Shown one piece after another: positions 9,310 through 18,348 of a DNA stretch of 64,000 bases. The notes under the pieces were generated by a model. It searched no databases and had not been told where the DNA came from. It worked only from the letters and a program-made list of their open reading frames with translations. The translations under genes and the position numbers were made by a program. Origin of the DNA: an uncultured Candidatus Rokubacteria bacterium (lineage in GTDB: Bacteria > Methylomirabilota > Methylomirabilia > Rokubacteriales > CSP1-6); assembly GCA_963762145.1 (NCBI GenBank), contig CAVXJS010000007.1, forward strand, positions 96,001 to 160,000, read 5' to 3'. How positions within the stretch are numbered: the first letter of the stretch is position 1; each line of letters starts with the position of its first letter.

Positions 9310-10156
9310 ATGACCTACTGTGTCGGGATCTGGACCAAGTACGGCCTGGTGATGGCGTCGGACTCGCGGACCAACGCGGGCTACGACCAGGTCAACATCG
9401 CGCGCAAGATGCACACCTTCGTCCAGCCGGGCGAGCGCGTGTTCATCCTGCTCAGCAGCGGCAGCCTCTCCTGCACGCAGTCGATCATCACCCTGCTCCA
9501 GCGCGACTTCGACCAGGGCAAGGGGCTGGCGCAGGCGCCGTCGCTCTACGACGCGGCCCGCATCATCGGCGAGCAGGTGCGCCGCGTCTCGGACATGGAT
9601 CGGGACGCCCTCGAGCGCGACGACTACAAGTTCAACGTCCACCTGGTGCTGGGCGGGCAGGTGCGAGGAGAGTCGCCCGGCCTCTTCATCATCTACCCGC
9701 AGGGCAACCCGCTGCAGGCGAGCGTGGACTCGCCGTACCTCCAGATCGGCGAGACGAAGTACGGGCGGCCGATCCTCGACCGCGGCATCCGCTTCGAGCG
9801 CACGACGCTGGAGGAGGCGGCGAAGTACGCGCTGCTCTCGATCGACTCGACGATGCGGTCGAACGTGACGGTGGGCCCGCCGGTGGACCTGCTCGCCTAC
9901 GAGGTGGACGAGCTCGAGATCACCCGGCTGCGCCGGTTCCCCGCGGGCGACCCCGACCTCCTCAAGATCGGCATGCGCTGGGAGCAGGCCCTCCGGCAGG
10001 CGGTGGGTCGGCTGCCGCAGATCCGGTTCCGGGCCCGCCGGCCCACGGAGCCGTCCCAGATGCCGCCCGCGGAGACGATCGAGCTCGTCGAGCCGGCTCG
10101 GGACCGAGGTCCCGAGCGCCGAGCTGCAGCCGCAGGCCAAACCGCCATCATCCTGA
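9310..10156 (+). CDS. Anbu-type proteasome-like Ntn protease (in the given sequence it reads in frame into AOR; native stop probably TGA 10154-10156)
   Basis: MTYCVG with Thr nucleophile, SDSRTNAG, RK, IYPQGN, QIGETKYGRPILDR, STMRSNVTVGPP. Confidence 0.85.
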
Positions 10157-10176
10157 CCGAACCCAAGGAGCGAGCG

Positions 10177-11889
10177 ATGCGCACCTACTACGACATCCGC
10201 CTGAGCGACCGGAACATCACCAAGCGCGAGCTGGAGGGCGAGGCCATCGTGAAGGCCGGCCGGTACTTCATCGCCAGGACCCTGCTCGACCTGGGCGCGG
10301 CCACCGTCGATCCGCTCTCGCCCGCCAATCCGCTGATCTTTTCGGCGGGGCCCTTCGCGGGGACCAGCTTCTCCAACGCCAACCGCACGAGCGTGGGCTG
10401 CAAGAGCCCGCTCACCGGCGGCATCAAGGAGGCCAACGGGGGCGGCAGCTTCAGCTACGGGCTCGGCCAGCAGAAGATCGCCGGGTTCACCCTGCTGGAC
10501 GCCTCGCCCGACTGGGTGGTCATCCACTTCAAGAAGGACGGCACGATCGAGTTCGACGACGCCAAGCCGTACCTGGGCAAGGGCAATTTCGAGGCCCAGA
10601 ACATGCTGCACGCCAAGTACGGCAAGAAGGTCACGATCGCCCTCTGCGGCCCGGTGGGCGAGTACGAGGGCCTGATCGCGGGCATCGCCTTCAGCGACAA
10701 GGACGGGCGGCCCGCCCGGCTCTCCGCCCGCGGCGGCGTCGGCGCGGTCATGGGATCGAAGAAGGTCAAGGCCGTCGTGGTGGACCTCGACAAGATCCCG
10801 CCGTTCTCCGACCCCAAGAAGGTGAACGCGGCCATCAAGAACTACGCGAAGATGCTCCAGGCCGATTCGATGGTATCCAACTTCTACGCCAAGGTCGGCA
10901 CCATGGGCATGGCCGATCTCCAGAACACGCTGGGCGGCCTGCCGGTGAACAACTTCAGCGTGGGCCGGCAGGTGGACGTCTCCACCGGCGAGAAGTTCAA
11001 GATGGGGGGCGAGTACATCAGCCAGCTCAACGTCTCGCGCGGCGGCGAGCACACCCACGCCTGCATGCCCGGCTGCGTGATCCAGTGCAGCAACATCTAC
11101 GCGGACAAGGACGGCAAGGAAGTGGTCTCCCCGGTCGAGTACGAGACGCTCGGCCTGCTCGGGACCAACTGCGGCCTCACCGATCCCGACGACCTCGCCC
11201 AGATGAACTACCTCGCCAACGACCTGGGCGTCGACACCATCGAGCTGGGGGCCATGATCGCGGTGCTGATGGAGGCGGGCCTCGGCCGCTTCGGGGACGT
11301 GACGTTCATGGCCGAGTGCCTGGCCGAGATCCGGAAGGGCTCCGAGAAGGGGCGGATCTGGGCCCAGGGCACCGCGCGGGTCGGCGAGCACTACCAGGTC
11401 AAGCGGGTGCCGGTCATCAAGAAGCAGGCGATCAGCGCCTACGATCCGCGGGTCGTCGAGGCCACCGGCATCACCATGATGGCCACCGCCCAGGGCGCCG
11501 ACCACACCGCGGGGAACCTGCCGCGGCTCAAGACGCGCGAGATGGAGGCTCCCGCCATCGTGGAGCAGAGCGTGGCCCACCAGGCGCGGGTGGCCGCCAA
11601 CGACTCCCTCGGCCTCTGCATCTTCGGCATGAGCGTGACCAATCCCAATACCGAGTGGCTCACCGAGACCATCAACGCGGCCCACGGCACCACGCTGACC
11701 AAGGACTTCTTCGAGGCTCTCGGCCGCCAGGCCCTCAAGCTCGAGCACGAGTTCAACAAGCGGGCCGGCTTCACCGCCAAGGACGACGAGCTACCCGAGT
11801 TCTTCTACGCGGAGGCGCTGCCGCCGACCAATCACGTGGCGCGCTTCCACGCCGCCGACGTGCAGGGCATGTACGAGCGACTAGTCTGA
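10177..11889 (+). CDS. Aldehyde:ferredoxin oxidoreductase family protein (W/Mo-bis-pterin)
   Basis: Own AAGGAG RBS and ATG; KSPLTGGIKEAN, RGGVGAVMGSKKVKA, CMPGCVIQC, EYET, DLGVDTIE, DSLGLC. Confidence 0.9.
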   Translation: MRTYYDIRLSDRNITKRELEGEAIVKAGRYFIARTLLDLGAATVDPLSPANPLIFSAGPFAGTSFSNANRTSVGCKSPLTGGIKEANGGGSFSYGLGQQKIAGFTLLDASPDWVVIHFKKDGTIEFDDAKPYLGKGNFEAQNMLHAKYGKKVTIALCGPVGEYEGLIAGIAFSDKDGRPARLSARGGVGAVMGSKKVKAVVVDLDKIPPFSDPKKVNAAIKNYAKMLQADSMVSNFYAKVGTMGMADLQNTLGGLPVNNFSVGRQVDVSTGEKFKMGGEYISQLNVSRGGEHTHACMPGCVIQCSNIYADKDGKEVVSPVEYETLGLLGTNCGLTDPDDLAQMNYLANDLGVDTIELGAMIAVLMEAGLGRFGDVTFMAECLAEIRKGSEKGRIWAQGTARVGEHYQVKRVPVIKKQAISAYDPRVVEATGITMMATAQGADHTAGNLPRLKTREMEAPAIVEQSVAHQARVAANDSLGLCIFGMSVTNPNTEWLTETINAAHGTTLTKDFFEALGRQALKLEHEFNKRAGFTAKDDELPEFFYAEALPPTNHVARFHAADVQGMYERLV

Positions 11890-11892
11890 TCC

Positions 11893-11937
11893 GGGGGGAG
11901 TCCGGGGGAGCGACCGCCGCTCCCCCGGACTCCCCCC
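11893..11937. repeat. Perfect 20-bp inverted repeat (REP-like hairpin)
   Basis: GGGGGGAGTCCGGGGGAGCG-ACCGC-CGCTCCCCCGGACTCCCCCC directly after the AOR stop. Confidence 0.8.
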
Positions 11938-11975
11938 ACCGGTTTCGAGATGGATGGGGGACCAGAAAGGCATTC

Positions 11976-12872
11976 ATGGCCAAGAGTGAGCGGATCTTCG
12001 GAATCGTTCCGCCGATGACCACGCCGTTTCGTCCCGACGACACCATCGACGAGGCCGCGCTGCGCACGGAGGCGCGCTTCATGGTCGAGACCGCGCGGGT
12101 GCACGGTCTCGCGGTGACCGGCAGCACCGGCGAGGGCCACGTCCTCTCCACCGACGAGGTGCGCCGCATCACCGCCGCGGTGGTGGAGGAGGTGCGCGGC
12201 CGCGTGCCGGTCATCACCGGCATCATCACCGACAGCACCGCGTCCGCGGTCGAGCGGGGCCTGTCGGTCAAGGACCTGGGGGTGGCCGCGCTCCAGGTCA
12301 CGCCGGTGCACTACCTGTTCCGGCCGGACGACGACGCGATGGTCCGCCACTTCGACACGCTGGCGAGCCGGACCGGCATGCCGATCATCATCTACAACGT
12401 GGTGCCGTGGACGTACCTGTCCCCGCAGCTCCTGGCCCGGATCATCAAGTCGGTGCCGGGGGTTGTCGGGGTCAAGCAGAGCGCGGGCGACATGAAGCTG
12501 CTCGCCGATTTGTTGCTGCTGGTGGGCGACGAAGCCCGCATCATGACCGCGGTGGACGCGCTGCTCTATCCCTCGTTCATACTGGGCGCCCACGGCGCGA
12601 TCGCGGCCATCCTCACCGCGGTGCCCGGCCTCTGCGTCCAGCTCTGGGATGCGGTGCAGGCGGGCGATCACAAGCAGGCGCTCGCGCTGCACGGCAAGCT
12701 GCTGCCGATCTGGAACGCGATCTTCCAGGACAATCTTCCCGCCAACGTGAAGCACTGTCAGGCCCTCATGGGACGCCCCGCCGGCGTCCCCCGCGCCCCG
12801 ATGCCGGCCACGTCGCCGGCCCAGGCCGTGGCGATCCACGCGGCGCTCCAGGGCGCCGGCGTGCTCCAGTAG
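11976..12872 (+). CDS. Dihydrodipicolinate synthase/N-acetylneuraminate lyase family aldolase
   Basis: GSTGEG, IYNVV, GVKQS (Schiff-base Lys). Confidence 0.88.
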   Translation: MAKSERIFGIVPPMTTPFRPDDTIDEAALRTEARFMVETARVHGLAVTGSTGEGHVLSTDEVRRITAAVVEEVRGRVPVITGIITDSTASAVERGLSVKDLGVAALQVTPVHYLFRPDDDAMVRHFDTLASRTGMPIIIYNVVPWTYLSPQLLARIIKSVPGVVGVKQSAGDMKLLADLLLLVGDEARIMTAVDALLYPSFILGAHGAIAAILTAVPGLCVQLWDAVQAGDHKQALALHGKLLPIWNAIFQDNLPANVKHCQALMGRPAGVPRAPMPATSPAQAVAIHAALQGAGVLQ

Positions 12873-12917
12873 ATCCCGATGTCCACGTCTCCACATCGCA
12901 GTCAAGGAGGACACAGC

Positions 12918-14276
12918 ATGGCTGATCTGGAAGAGGGTACGAAGTCTGCCGGCAAGACCACGGTCGATCGGCGCGGCTTTCTCAAGACCGCCGGCGCGGC
13001 CGCCGCGGTCGCGGGCGGCATCGAGGGCATCCTGGCCGCGCGCCGGGCCCCCGCCTTCGCGCAGGGGACCAAGCTGCACTGGGTGCGCTGGGTGGACTTC
13101 GTGCCCGAGTCCGACGTCGAGCTGAAGCGGCAGATGCCGGAGGCCTCCAAGGCCCTGGGGGCGGAGGTCGTGCTGGAGACGATCAACGCCAACGACCTGC
13201 AGCCGCGCATCACGGCCGCGATCCAGTCGGGCTCCGGCGCCGACATCTTCATGTTCCAGTACAACTGGGCGCACCTCTACCAGAACGCGGTGGTGGACGT
13301 CAGCGACGTGGCGGGCGAGCTGGGCAAGGCGGAGGGCGGCTTCTACGACATCTATCCGCCCTCCATGCAGGTCAACGGCAATTGGCTCGCGGTCCCGCAC
13401 TCCATCGTGGGCAACGCGGTCGCCTACCGGAAGTCGTGGCTCAAGGAGGCGGGCGCGAGCCAGTATCCGAAGACGTGGGACGAGGCCCGCAAGCTGTTCA
13501 CCGCGCTCAAGAAGAAGGGCAAGCCCTACGGCCAGACCCTCGGCCACACCTTCGGCGACGCCCCGGTGTTCACCTACACCATGCTCTGGGCCTTCGGGGG
13601 CGCCGAGACCGATCAGAGCGGCAAGAAGGTCGTGCTCAACAGCAAGGGCGCGATCGAGGCGGTGAAGTTCATGCAGGCCTTCTGGAAGGACGCGTGCGAT
13701 GAGGGCGGGCTCGCCTGGGACGACACCAACAACAACCGTGCCTTCCACGCGGGCGAGATCTCCGCGTCGCTGAACGGGGCCAGCATCTACCTGGTGGCCA
13801 AGCGGCAGAAGGAGAAGATCAAGGACGACAAGGGCGAGCCGATGTGGACCGACATCGACCACGCGCCGCTCCCGGCCGGCCCGGCGGGGGCCTACCTGCT
13901 CTTCCTGAACCACGGCCACGCGGTCATGAAGCACAGCAAGAACCAGAAGGCGGCCAAGGACCTGATCCGCTGGCTGCACAAGAAGGAGAACTACGAGAAG
14001 TGGTTCCTCACCCAGGAGGCGTACAGCGTGGGCGCCACCAAGGTCTGGGAGAACCATCCGATGTGGGGCAAGGTGGACGAGCCGCTCAAGATGTTCCGCA
14101 CCGCGGCGCGCAGCAGCCGCCTCTTCGGCTACGCGGGGCCGTCGACCGCCAAGGCCACCGAGGTCTTCACCAAGTACATCATCACCGACATGTACGCCAA
14201 GGCCGCGCAGGGCATGAAGGCGGAGGACGCCGTGCAGTGGGCGGACGTCGAGCTCAAGAAGATCTACGAGGGATAG
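12918..14276 (+). CDS. Carbohydrate ABC transporter substrate-binding protein, Tat-exported
   Basis: AAGGAGG RBS; RRGFLK Tat motif; family 1 SBP-like sequence. Confidence 0.85.
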   Translation: MADLEEGTKSAGKTTVDRRGFLKTAGAAAAVAGGIEGILAARRAPAFAQGTKLHWVRWVDFVPESDVELKRQMPEASKALGAEVVLETINANDLQPRITAAIQSGSGADIFMFQYNWAHLYQNAVVDVSDVAGELGKAEGGFYDIYPPSMQVNGNWLAVPHSIVGNAVAYRKSWLKEAGASQYPKTWDEARKLFTALKKKGKPYGQTLGHTFGDAPVFTYTMLWAFGGAETDQSGKKVVLNSKGAIEAVKFMQAFWKDACDEGGLAWDDTNNNRAFHAGEISASLNGASIYLVAKRQKEKIKDDKGEPMWTDIDHAPLPAGPAGAYLLFLNHGHAVMKHSKNQKAAKDLIRWLHKKENYEKWFLTQEAYSVGATKVWENHPMWGKVDEPLKMFRTAARSSRLFGYAGPSTAKATEVFTKYIITDMYAKAAQGMKAEDAVQWADVELKKIYEG

Positions 14277-14279
14277 CCG

Positions 14280-15299
14280 ATGAGGGCGGCGGTTCTGCGC
14301 GAGCCGGGTCCGGCCGAGAACCTGCGGCTGGAGGACGTGGACGATCCCACGCCCGGCCCGGGAGAGGTCGTGGTCCGGCTCCGCGCCGCCGCCCTCAATC
14401 ATCGCGACGTGTGGATTCGCAGTGGTACCGGCGCGTACGCGGGAGGGTTCCGCCAGCGCGTCATCCTCGGCTCGGACGGCGCGGGGGAGGTGACCGCGGT
14501 CGGCGCGGGGGTCGATCCCGCGCTGGCCGGGCGTGCGGTGGTCATCAACCCGAGCCTCGACTGGGGCGACGACGGTGTCGCTCAGGGTCCGGAGTTTCGC
14601 ATCCTGGGCCTGCCCGACGACGGTACCTACGCTCAGGGGATCAAGGTGCCGGCGCGGAACGTGCACCCCAAGCCGGCCGCGCTGTCATTCGAGGAAGCGG
14701 CCGCCATCCCGCTCGCCGGGCTCACCGCCTATCGCGCGGTGGTCAGCCGTGCCCAGGTGCGGACGGGGGAGACCGTGCTCGTGACCGGGATCGGCGGCGG
14801 GGTGTCGACCTTTGCGCTTCAGATCGCGGCCGCCCGCGGGGCCCGTGTGCTGGTGACGTCGGGGAGCGACGCCAAGCTGGCCCGCGCCCGCGAGCTCGGC
14901 GCGGCGGGCGGGGCCAACTACCGCACCCAGGACTGGGCCAAGGAGATCCTCGCCCTCACCGGCGGGCGCGGGCCGGACGCGGTCATCGACAGCGTGGGCG
15001 GCGAGACCTTCGCCCGCGCGGTGGACCTGCTGCGGCCGGGCGGGCGCATCGCGACCTACGGCGCGACCACCGGCCCGGTGCGCGAGCTCGTCCTGCGCGC
15101 GGTGTTCTGGCGTCAGATCTCGGTGCTGGGCACCACCATGGGCAGCCCGGCCGAGTTCGGCGACATGCTGAACCTCTATGCGCGCGACGGGCTCCGCCCG
15201 GTGGTGGACCGGGTCTTCCCGCTCGCCGAGGCGGCCGCCGCCCATCGGCGCATGGAAGAGGCGGGGCAGTTCGGCAAGATCGTCCTCGTCGCGGCCTGA
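14280..15299 (+). CDS. MDR-family (zinc-binding dehydrogenase/quinone oxidoreductase-like) oxidoreductase
   Basis: LNHRD, LGSDGAG, GIGGGVS, QFGKIVL motifs. Confidence 0.88.
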   Translation: MRAAVLREPGPAENLRLEDVDDPTPGPGEVVVRLRAAALNHRDVWIRSGTGAYAGGFRQRVILGSDGAGEVTAVGAGVDPALAGRAVVINPSLDWGDDGVAQGPEFRILGLPDDGTYAQGIKVPARNVHPKPAALSFEEAAAIPLAGLTAYRAVVSRAQVRTGETVLVTGIGGGVSTFALQIAAARGARVLVTSGSDAKLARARELGAAGGANYRTQDWAKEILALTGGRGPDAVIDSVGGETFARAVDLLRPGGRIATYGATTGPVRELVLRAVFWRQISVLGTTMGSPAEFGDMLNLYARDGLRPVVDRVFPLAEAAAAHRRMEEAGQFGKIVLVAA

Positions 15300-16384
15300 T
15301 GCGTCTGCGCGAGGTGCGGGCGGACCACTATCGCATCCCGCTGCCGGTGGCGCTCTCCGACAGCACCCACGGCGTCATCGAGGGCTTCGAGCTGGTCACG
15401 GTGCGCCTCCGCGACGAGGAGGGCGCCGAGGGCGTCGGCTACACCTACACGGTGGGCACCGGCGGCGCGGCGGTGCACGCGCTACTCGGGCGAGACCTGG
15501 CGCCCCGGCTGCTCGGCCGCGAGGCCGAGCGCATCGAGGAGCTGTGGCAGGCCATGTGGTGGGCGCTCCACTACGGCGGTCGCGGCGGCGCCCAGATCTT
15601 CGCGATGTCGGCGGTGGACATCGCCCTGTGGGACCTGCGCGCGCGGCGGCAGGGGGCGCCGCTCTGGCGCGTGCTGGGCGGCTTCGATCCGCGCGTGCCC
15701 TGCTACGCGGGCGGCATCGATCTCGAGCTCCCGCTCGACGCGCTCCTGCGCCAGACCGACGACAACCTGGCCCGGGGCTTCCGCGCGATCAAGATGAAGG
15801 TGGGCCGCCCGTCTCTCCGGGAGGACGTCGAGCGCGTGCGCGCGATGCGCGCGCACCTGGGCCCCGAGTTCCCGTTGATGGTGGACGCCAACATGCGCTG
15901 GAGCGTGGACGACGCCATCCGCGCCGCCCGTGCGCTCCGCGACCTCGATCCGGTCTGGCTCGAGGAGCCGACGATTCCCGACGACGTCCCCGGCCACGCC
16001 CGCATCGTTCGCGAGGGCGGCCTGCCCATCGCGGCGGGTGAGAACCTCCACACGCTCCACGAGTTCCGCGCGCTCATCGCGGCCGGCGGGGTGACGTTCC
16101 CCGAGCCCGACGTCACCAACTGCGGCGGCATCACGTCGTTCATGAAGATCTGCCACCTCGCCGAGGCGTTCAACCTCCCGGTCACCTCGCACGGGGCCCA
16201 CGACGTCACCGTGCACCTGCTGGGCGCCGCGCCGAACCGCTCCTACCTCGAAGCCCACGGCTTCGGCCTCGATCGCTACATCGCGTCGCCGCTCGTCCTC
16301 GAAGACGGGCTCGCCATTGCGCCTGATCGCCCCGGCCACGGCATTGCGTTCGACTGGTCGGGACTGGAGAAGCTGCGCGCGTAA
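15299..16384 (+). CDS. Mandelate racemase/muconate lactonizing enzyme (enolase superfamily)
   Basis: SAVDIALWD, KMKVG, MVDAN, WLEEP, AGEN, SHG motifs. Confidence 0.9.
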   Translation: MRLREVRADHYRIPLPVALSDSTHGVIEGFELVTVRLRDEEGAEGVGYTYTVGTGGAAVHALLGRDLAPRLLGREAERIEELWQAMWWALHYGGRGGAQIFAMSAVDIALWDLRARRQGAPLWRVLGGFDPRVPCYAGGIDLELPLDALLRQTDDNLARGFRAIKMKVGRPSLREDVERVRAMRAHLGPEFPLMVDANMRWSVDDAIRAARALRDLDPVWLEEPTIPDDVPGHARIVREGGLPIAAGENLHTLHEFRALIAAGGVTFPEPDVTNCGGITSFMKICHLAEAFNLPVTSHGAHDVTVHLLGAAPNRSYLEAHGFGLDRYIASPLVLEDGLAIAPDRPGHGIAFDWSGLEKLRA

Positions 16385-16386
16385 CC

Positions 16387-16559
16387 GGCGGCCGCCAGCC
16401 GGGCGGGGGTGGGGGCAGGGGGTCTCTCACCACGACACGCTGCTTCGTCTTCTTGCAGGAGGAGTTCCCAATCCGGGAGGGCTAGCTTCTGGGCTTCCCT
16501 CGGCGGGGAACGGGTGAACCGACCCCCATGCCCCCACCCCCGCCCGGCTGGCGGCCGCC
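16387..16559. mobile_element. MITE-like element with long terminal inverted repeats
   Basis: GGCGGCCGCCAGCCGGGCGGGGGTGGGGGCA at 16387 and its reverse complement ending at 16559; about 100-bp non-coding core. Confidence 0.55.
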
Positions 16560-16582
16560 TCGCCCCGTGGTCTCTTGATTCC

Positions 16583-17503
16583 CTAGCGTTCGCGCTGCTG
16601 TTCCAGGGCTGGGCGGATTTCCTCGGCGATGATGTCGATCGTTTCGAGGATCGCGGGGTAGGTGCTGTAGCTGACTTCGAGGGCGACGTGTTCGCAGCCG
16701 GCGGTCTGGTACTGGCGGAGCTCGCGGACGATGCTCGTGAGGGGGCCGCGGAGGACGTGGCGGGTGCCCAGCAGCGCGGTGTCCACGGCGGCTTGGTGAA
16801 CTCCATCGATGAGGATCGGGATGCGCAGGCTCAGATGCGGGTCTCCCTCGCGCTTGGCTTCCTTCCAGAGGTTGCCGACCGCGAGCGCGCCCGCGCGGAA
16901 CGTGGACGGGGGCATGCCGGAGGCGTGCCAGCCGTCGCCCAGGCGGGCGGCGCGCCGCATGGCCGCCTCGGAGGCGCCGCCGACGAGGATCGGCGGACGG
17001 GGCTTCTGGAGCGGCATCGGCGAGGCCTTCACATTCGTCAGGGTGTGGTTCGCGGTCTTGATCTCGGGGTATTCCTGGGTCCACACCGTACGGAAGAGCT
17101 CGATGGCCTCGTCGGTGCGACGGCCGCGCTCACGGAACGGGACGTTGAGGGCGTCGAACTCGCCCTCGACCCAGCCCACCGCCACGCCCACGATCAGACG
17201 ACCGCCGGAGAGCACGTCGACGCTGGCGAGGAGCTTGGCCACCGGCAGGGGCGACCGGTAGGGAAGCACGATCACGCTGGTGCCGAGCGCGATGCGCTCG
17301 GTGACGCCGGCCAGCCAGGGCAGCATCGCGAGGGGGTCCAGCATGTCGCTGCGGTAGATCAGCGACACGTCGCGCGGCACGATGACGTGGTCCGTCACCC
17401 AGATGGAATCGAGGCTCATCTCCTCGGCGCGGGCCGCGATCTGGGCGAGCCGCGAGGGCTCGATGGGGCGTCCGTAGTGGGGCAGGCAGATCCCGAGTTT
17501 CAT
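16583..17503 (-). CDS. LLM class (F420-dependent-like) oxidoreductase
   Basis: MKLGI.LP, WVTDHV, LGTSV, DVLSGGRL.VGV.VGW, RRAARLGDGW. Confidence 0.9.
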   Translation of the reverse strand: MKLGICLPHYGRPIEPSRLAQIAARAEEMSLDSIWVTDHVIVPRDVSLIYRSDMLDPLAMLPWLAGVTERIALGTSVIVLPYRSPLPVAKLLASVDVLSGGRLIVGVAVGWVEGEFDALNVPFRERGRRTDEAIELFRTVWTQEYPEIKTANHTLTNVKASPMPLQKPRPPILVGGASEAAMRRAARLGDGWHASGMPPSTFRAGALAVGNLWKEAKREGDPHLSLRIPILIDGVHQAAVDTALLGTRHVLRGPLTSIVRELRQYQTAGCEHVALEVSYSTYPAILETIDIIAEEIRPALEQQRER

Positions 17504-17541
17504 GGGCCGGAGCCTACCACGACCGGGCTCCGTCCGATGAC

Positions 17542-17892
17542 CTAGCGGGTCAGGGAGTCGGTCGCACCGCCTGCCATCGTCGCCGACTCGAGCGGGCCGG
17601 GGTCGGTGGGCTTCGGCAGGTTGCGCGCGATCAGCCGCCAGTAGCGCACCGCCAGCAGGCAGCGCGAGAAGGCTCGCTCGCCCCGCGTGTCGTGGGTGGC
17701 GGCGCGCTCGATGTCCACGTGACCGGACTCGAGGTCGACACTCCGTACCCACGCGGAGAAGGTGGGCGACGTCCGCTGCGCGAAGCTCACACACGTGGTC
17801 ACGTCCGCCCGCGACTCCTCGGCGTGGTCCGGCGGCCAGGCAAATCCACTGCACAGCAAAACGGTGCACGTCAGCACGATGGCCCGGGTCAT
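17542..17892 (-). CDS. Small secreted hypothetical protein
   Basis: GGAAGGAG RBS, signal peptide, two Cys in the mature part. Confidence 0.65.
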   Translation of the reverse strand: MTRAIVLTCTVLLCSGFAWPPDHAEESRADVTTCVSFAQRTSPTFSAWVRSVDLESGHVDIERAATHDTRGERAFSRCLLAVRYWRLIARNLPKPTDPGPLESATMAGGATDSLTR

Positions 17893-17921
17893 GGCACGCT
17901 CCTTCCGCGGGCACTCAAAAG

Positions 17922-17937
17922 AGCAAGAGGCACGCCA
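17922..17937 (-). promoter_or_regulatory. Putative sigma54 -24/-12 promoter
   Basis: TGGCGTGCCTCTTGCT (GG-N10-GC) about 30 nt upstream of the start at 17892. Confidence 0.65.
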
Positions 17938-18027
17938 CCGGCGAGCGTCGGAGAATCAGCGGGTTAGCTTGGCGGGGGCGCGACGATGTTGCGTCAGCGC
18001 CAGAAGAACCAGGAAATTTCTGCCCGT

Positions 18028-18335
18028 TCAGCCGTCGAGTCGGGGCGGCTCCGGGAACTGCTGATCTACCAGACGATGATTGCGAAGGCCGATCGCCTCA
18101 CGCTGGATGATCAGGATGCGGCGCGCCTCGAGCGCCCGCGTCCGCGCCTGGCGGTACCGCTCGCGCGCGCGCTCCCGCGCGGCGTCGTCGGGGGCGTCCC
18201 GCATGGCCTCGTGCAGCTCGGCGGCCAGGCGCAGGGCGGCGTCCAGCCGCTCGCCCGCGCGGCCGAGGGTGGCCGCTTTCTCGGCCACGATCTCCTTCTC
18301 GGTCCGCTGGAGCGCTTCTTCTCGCGGTAGTTCAT
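18028..18335 (-). CDS. DUF6665-like small protein (probable frameshift near the 5' end; intact frame 18028-18288)
   Basis: EIVAEKAATLGRAGERLD...LIIQREAIGLRNH...FPEP resembles DUF6665; ATG at 18335 is out of frame. Confidence 0.6.
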
Positions 18336-18348
18336 GCGAGCCGGAAGC

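Noticed and set aside
4350-11748. Very long antisense or alternative-frame ORFs (1099 aa, 1403 aa and similar throughout)
   Set aside because: Shadow ORFs expected at high GC; they are Arg/Gly/Pro-rich, lack motifs and overlap well-supported genes
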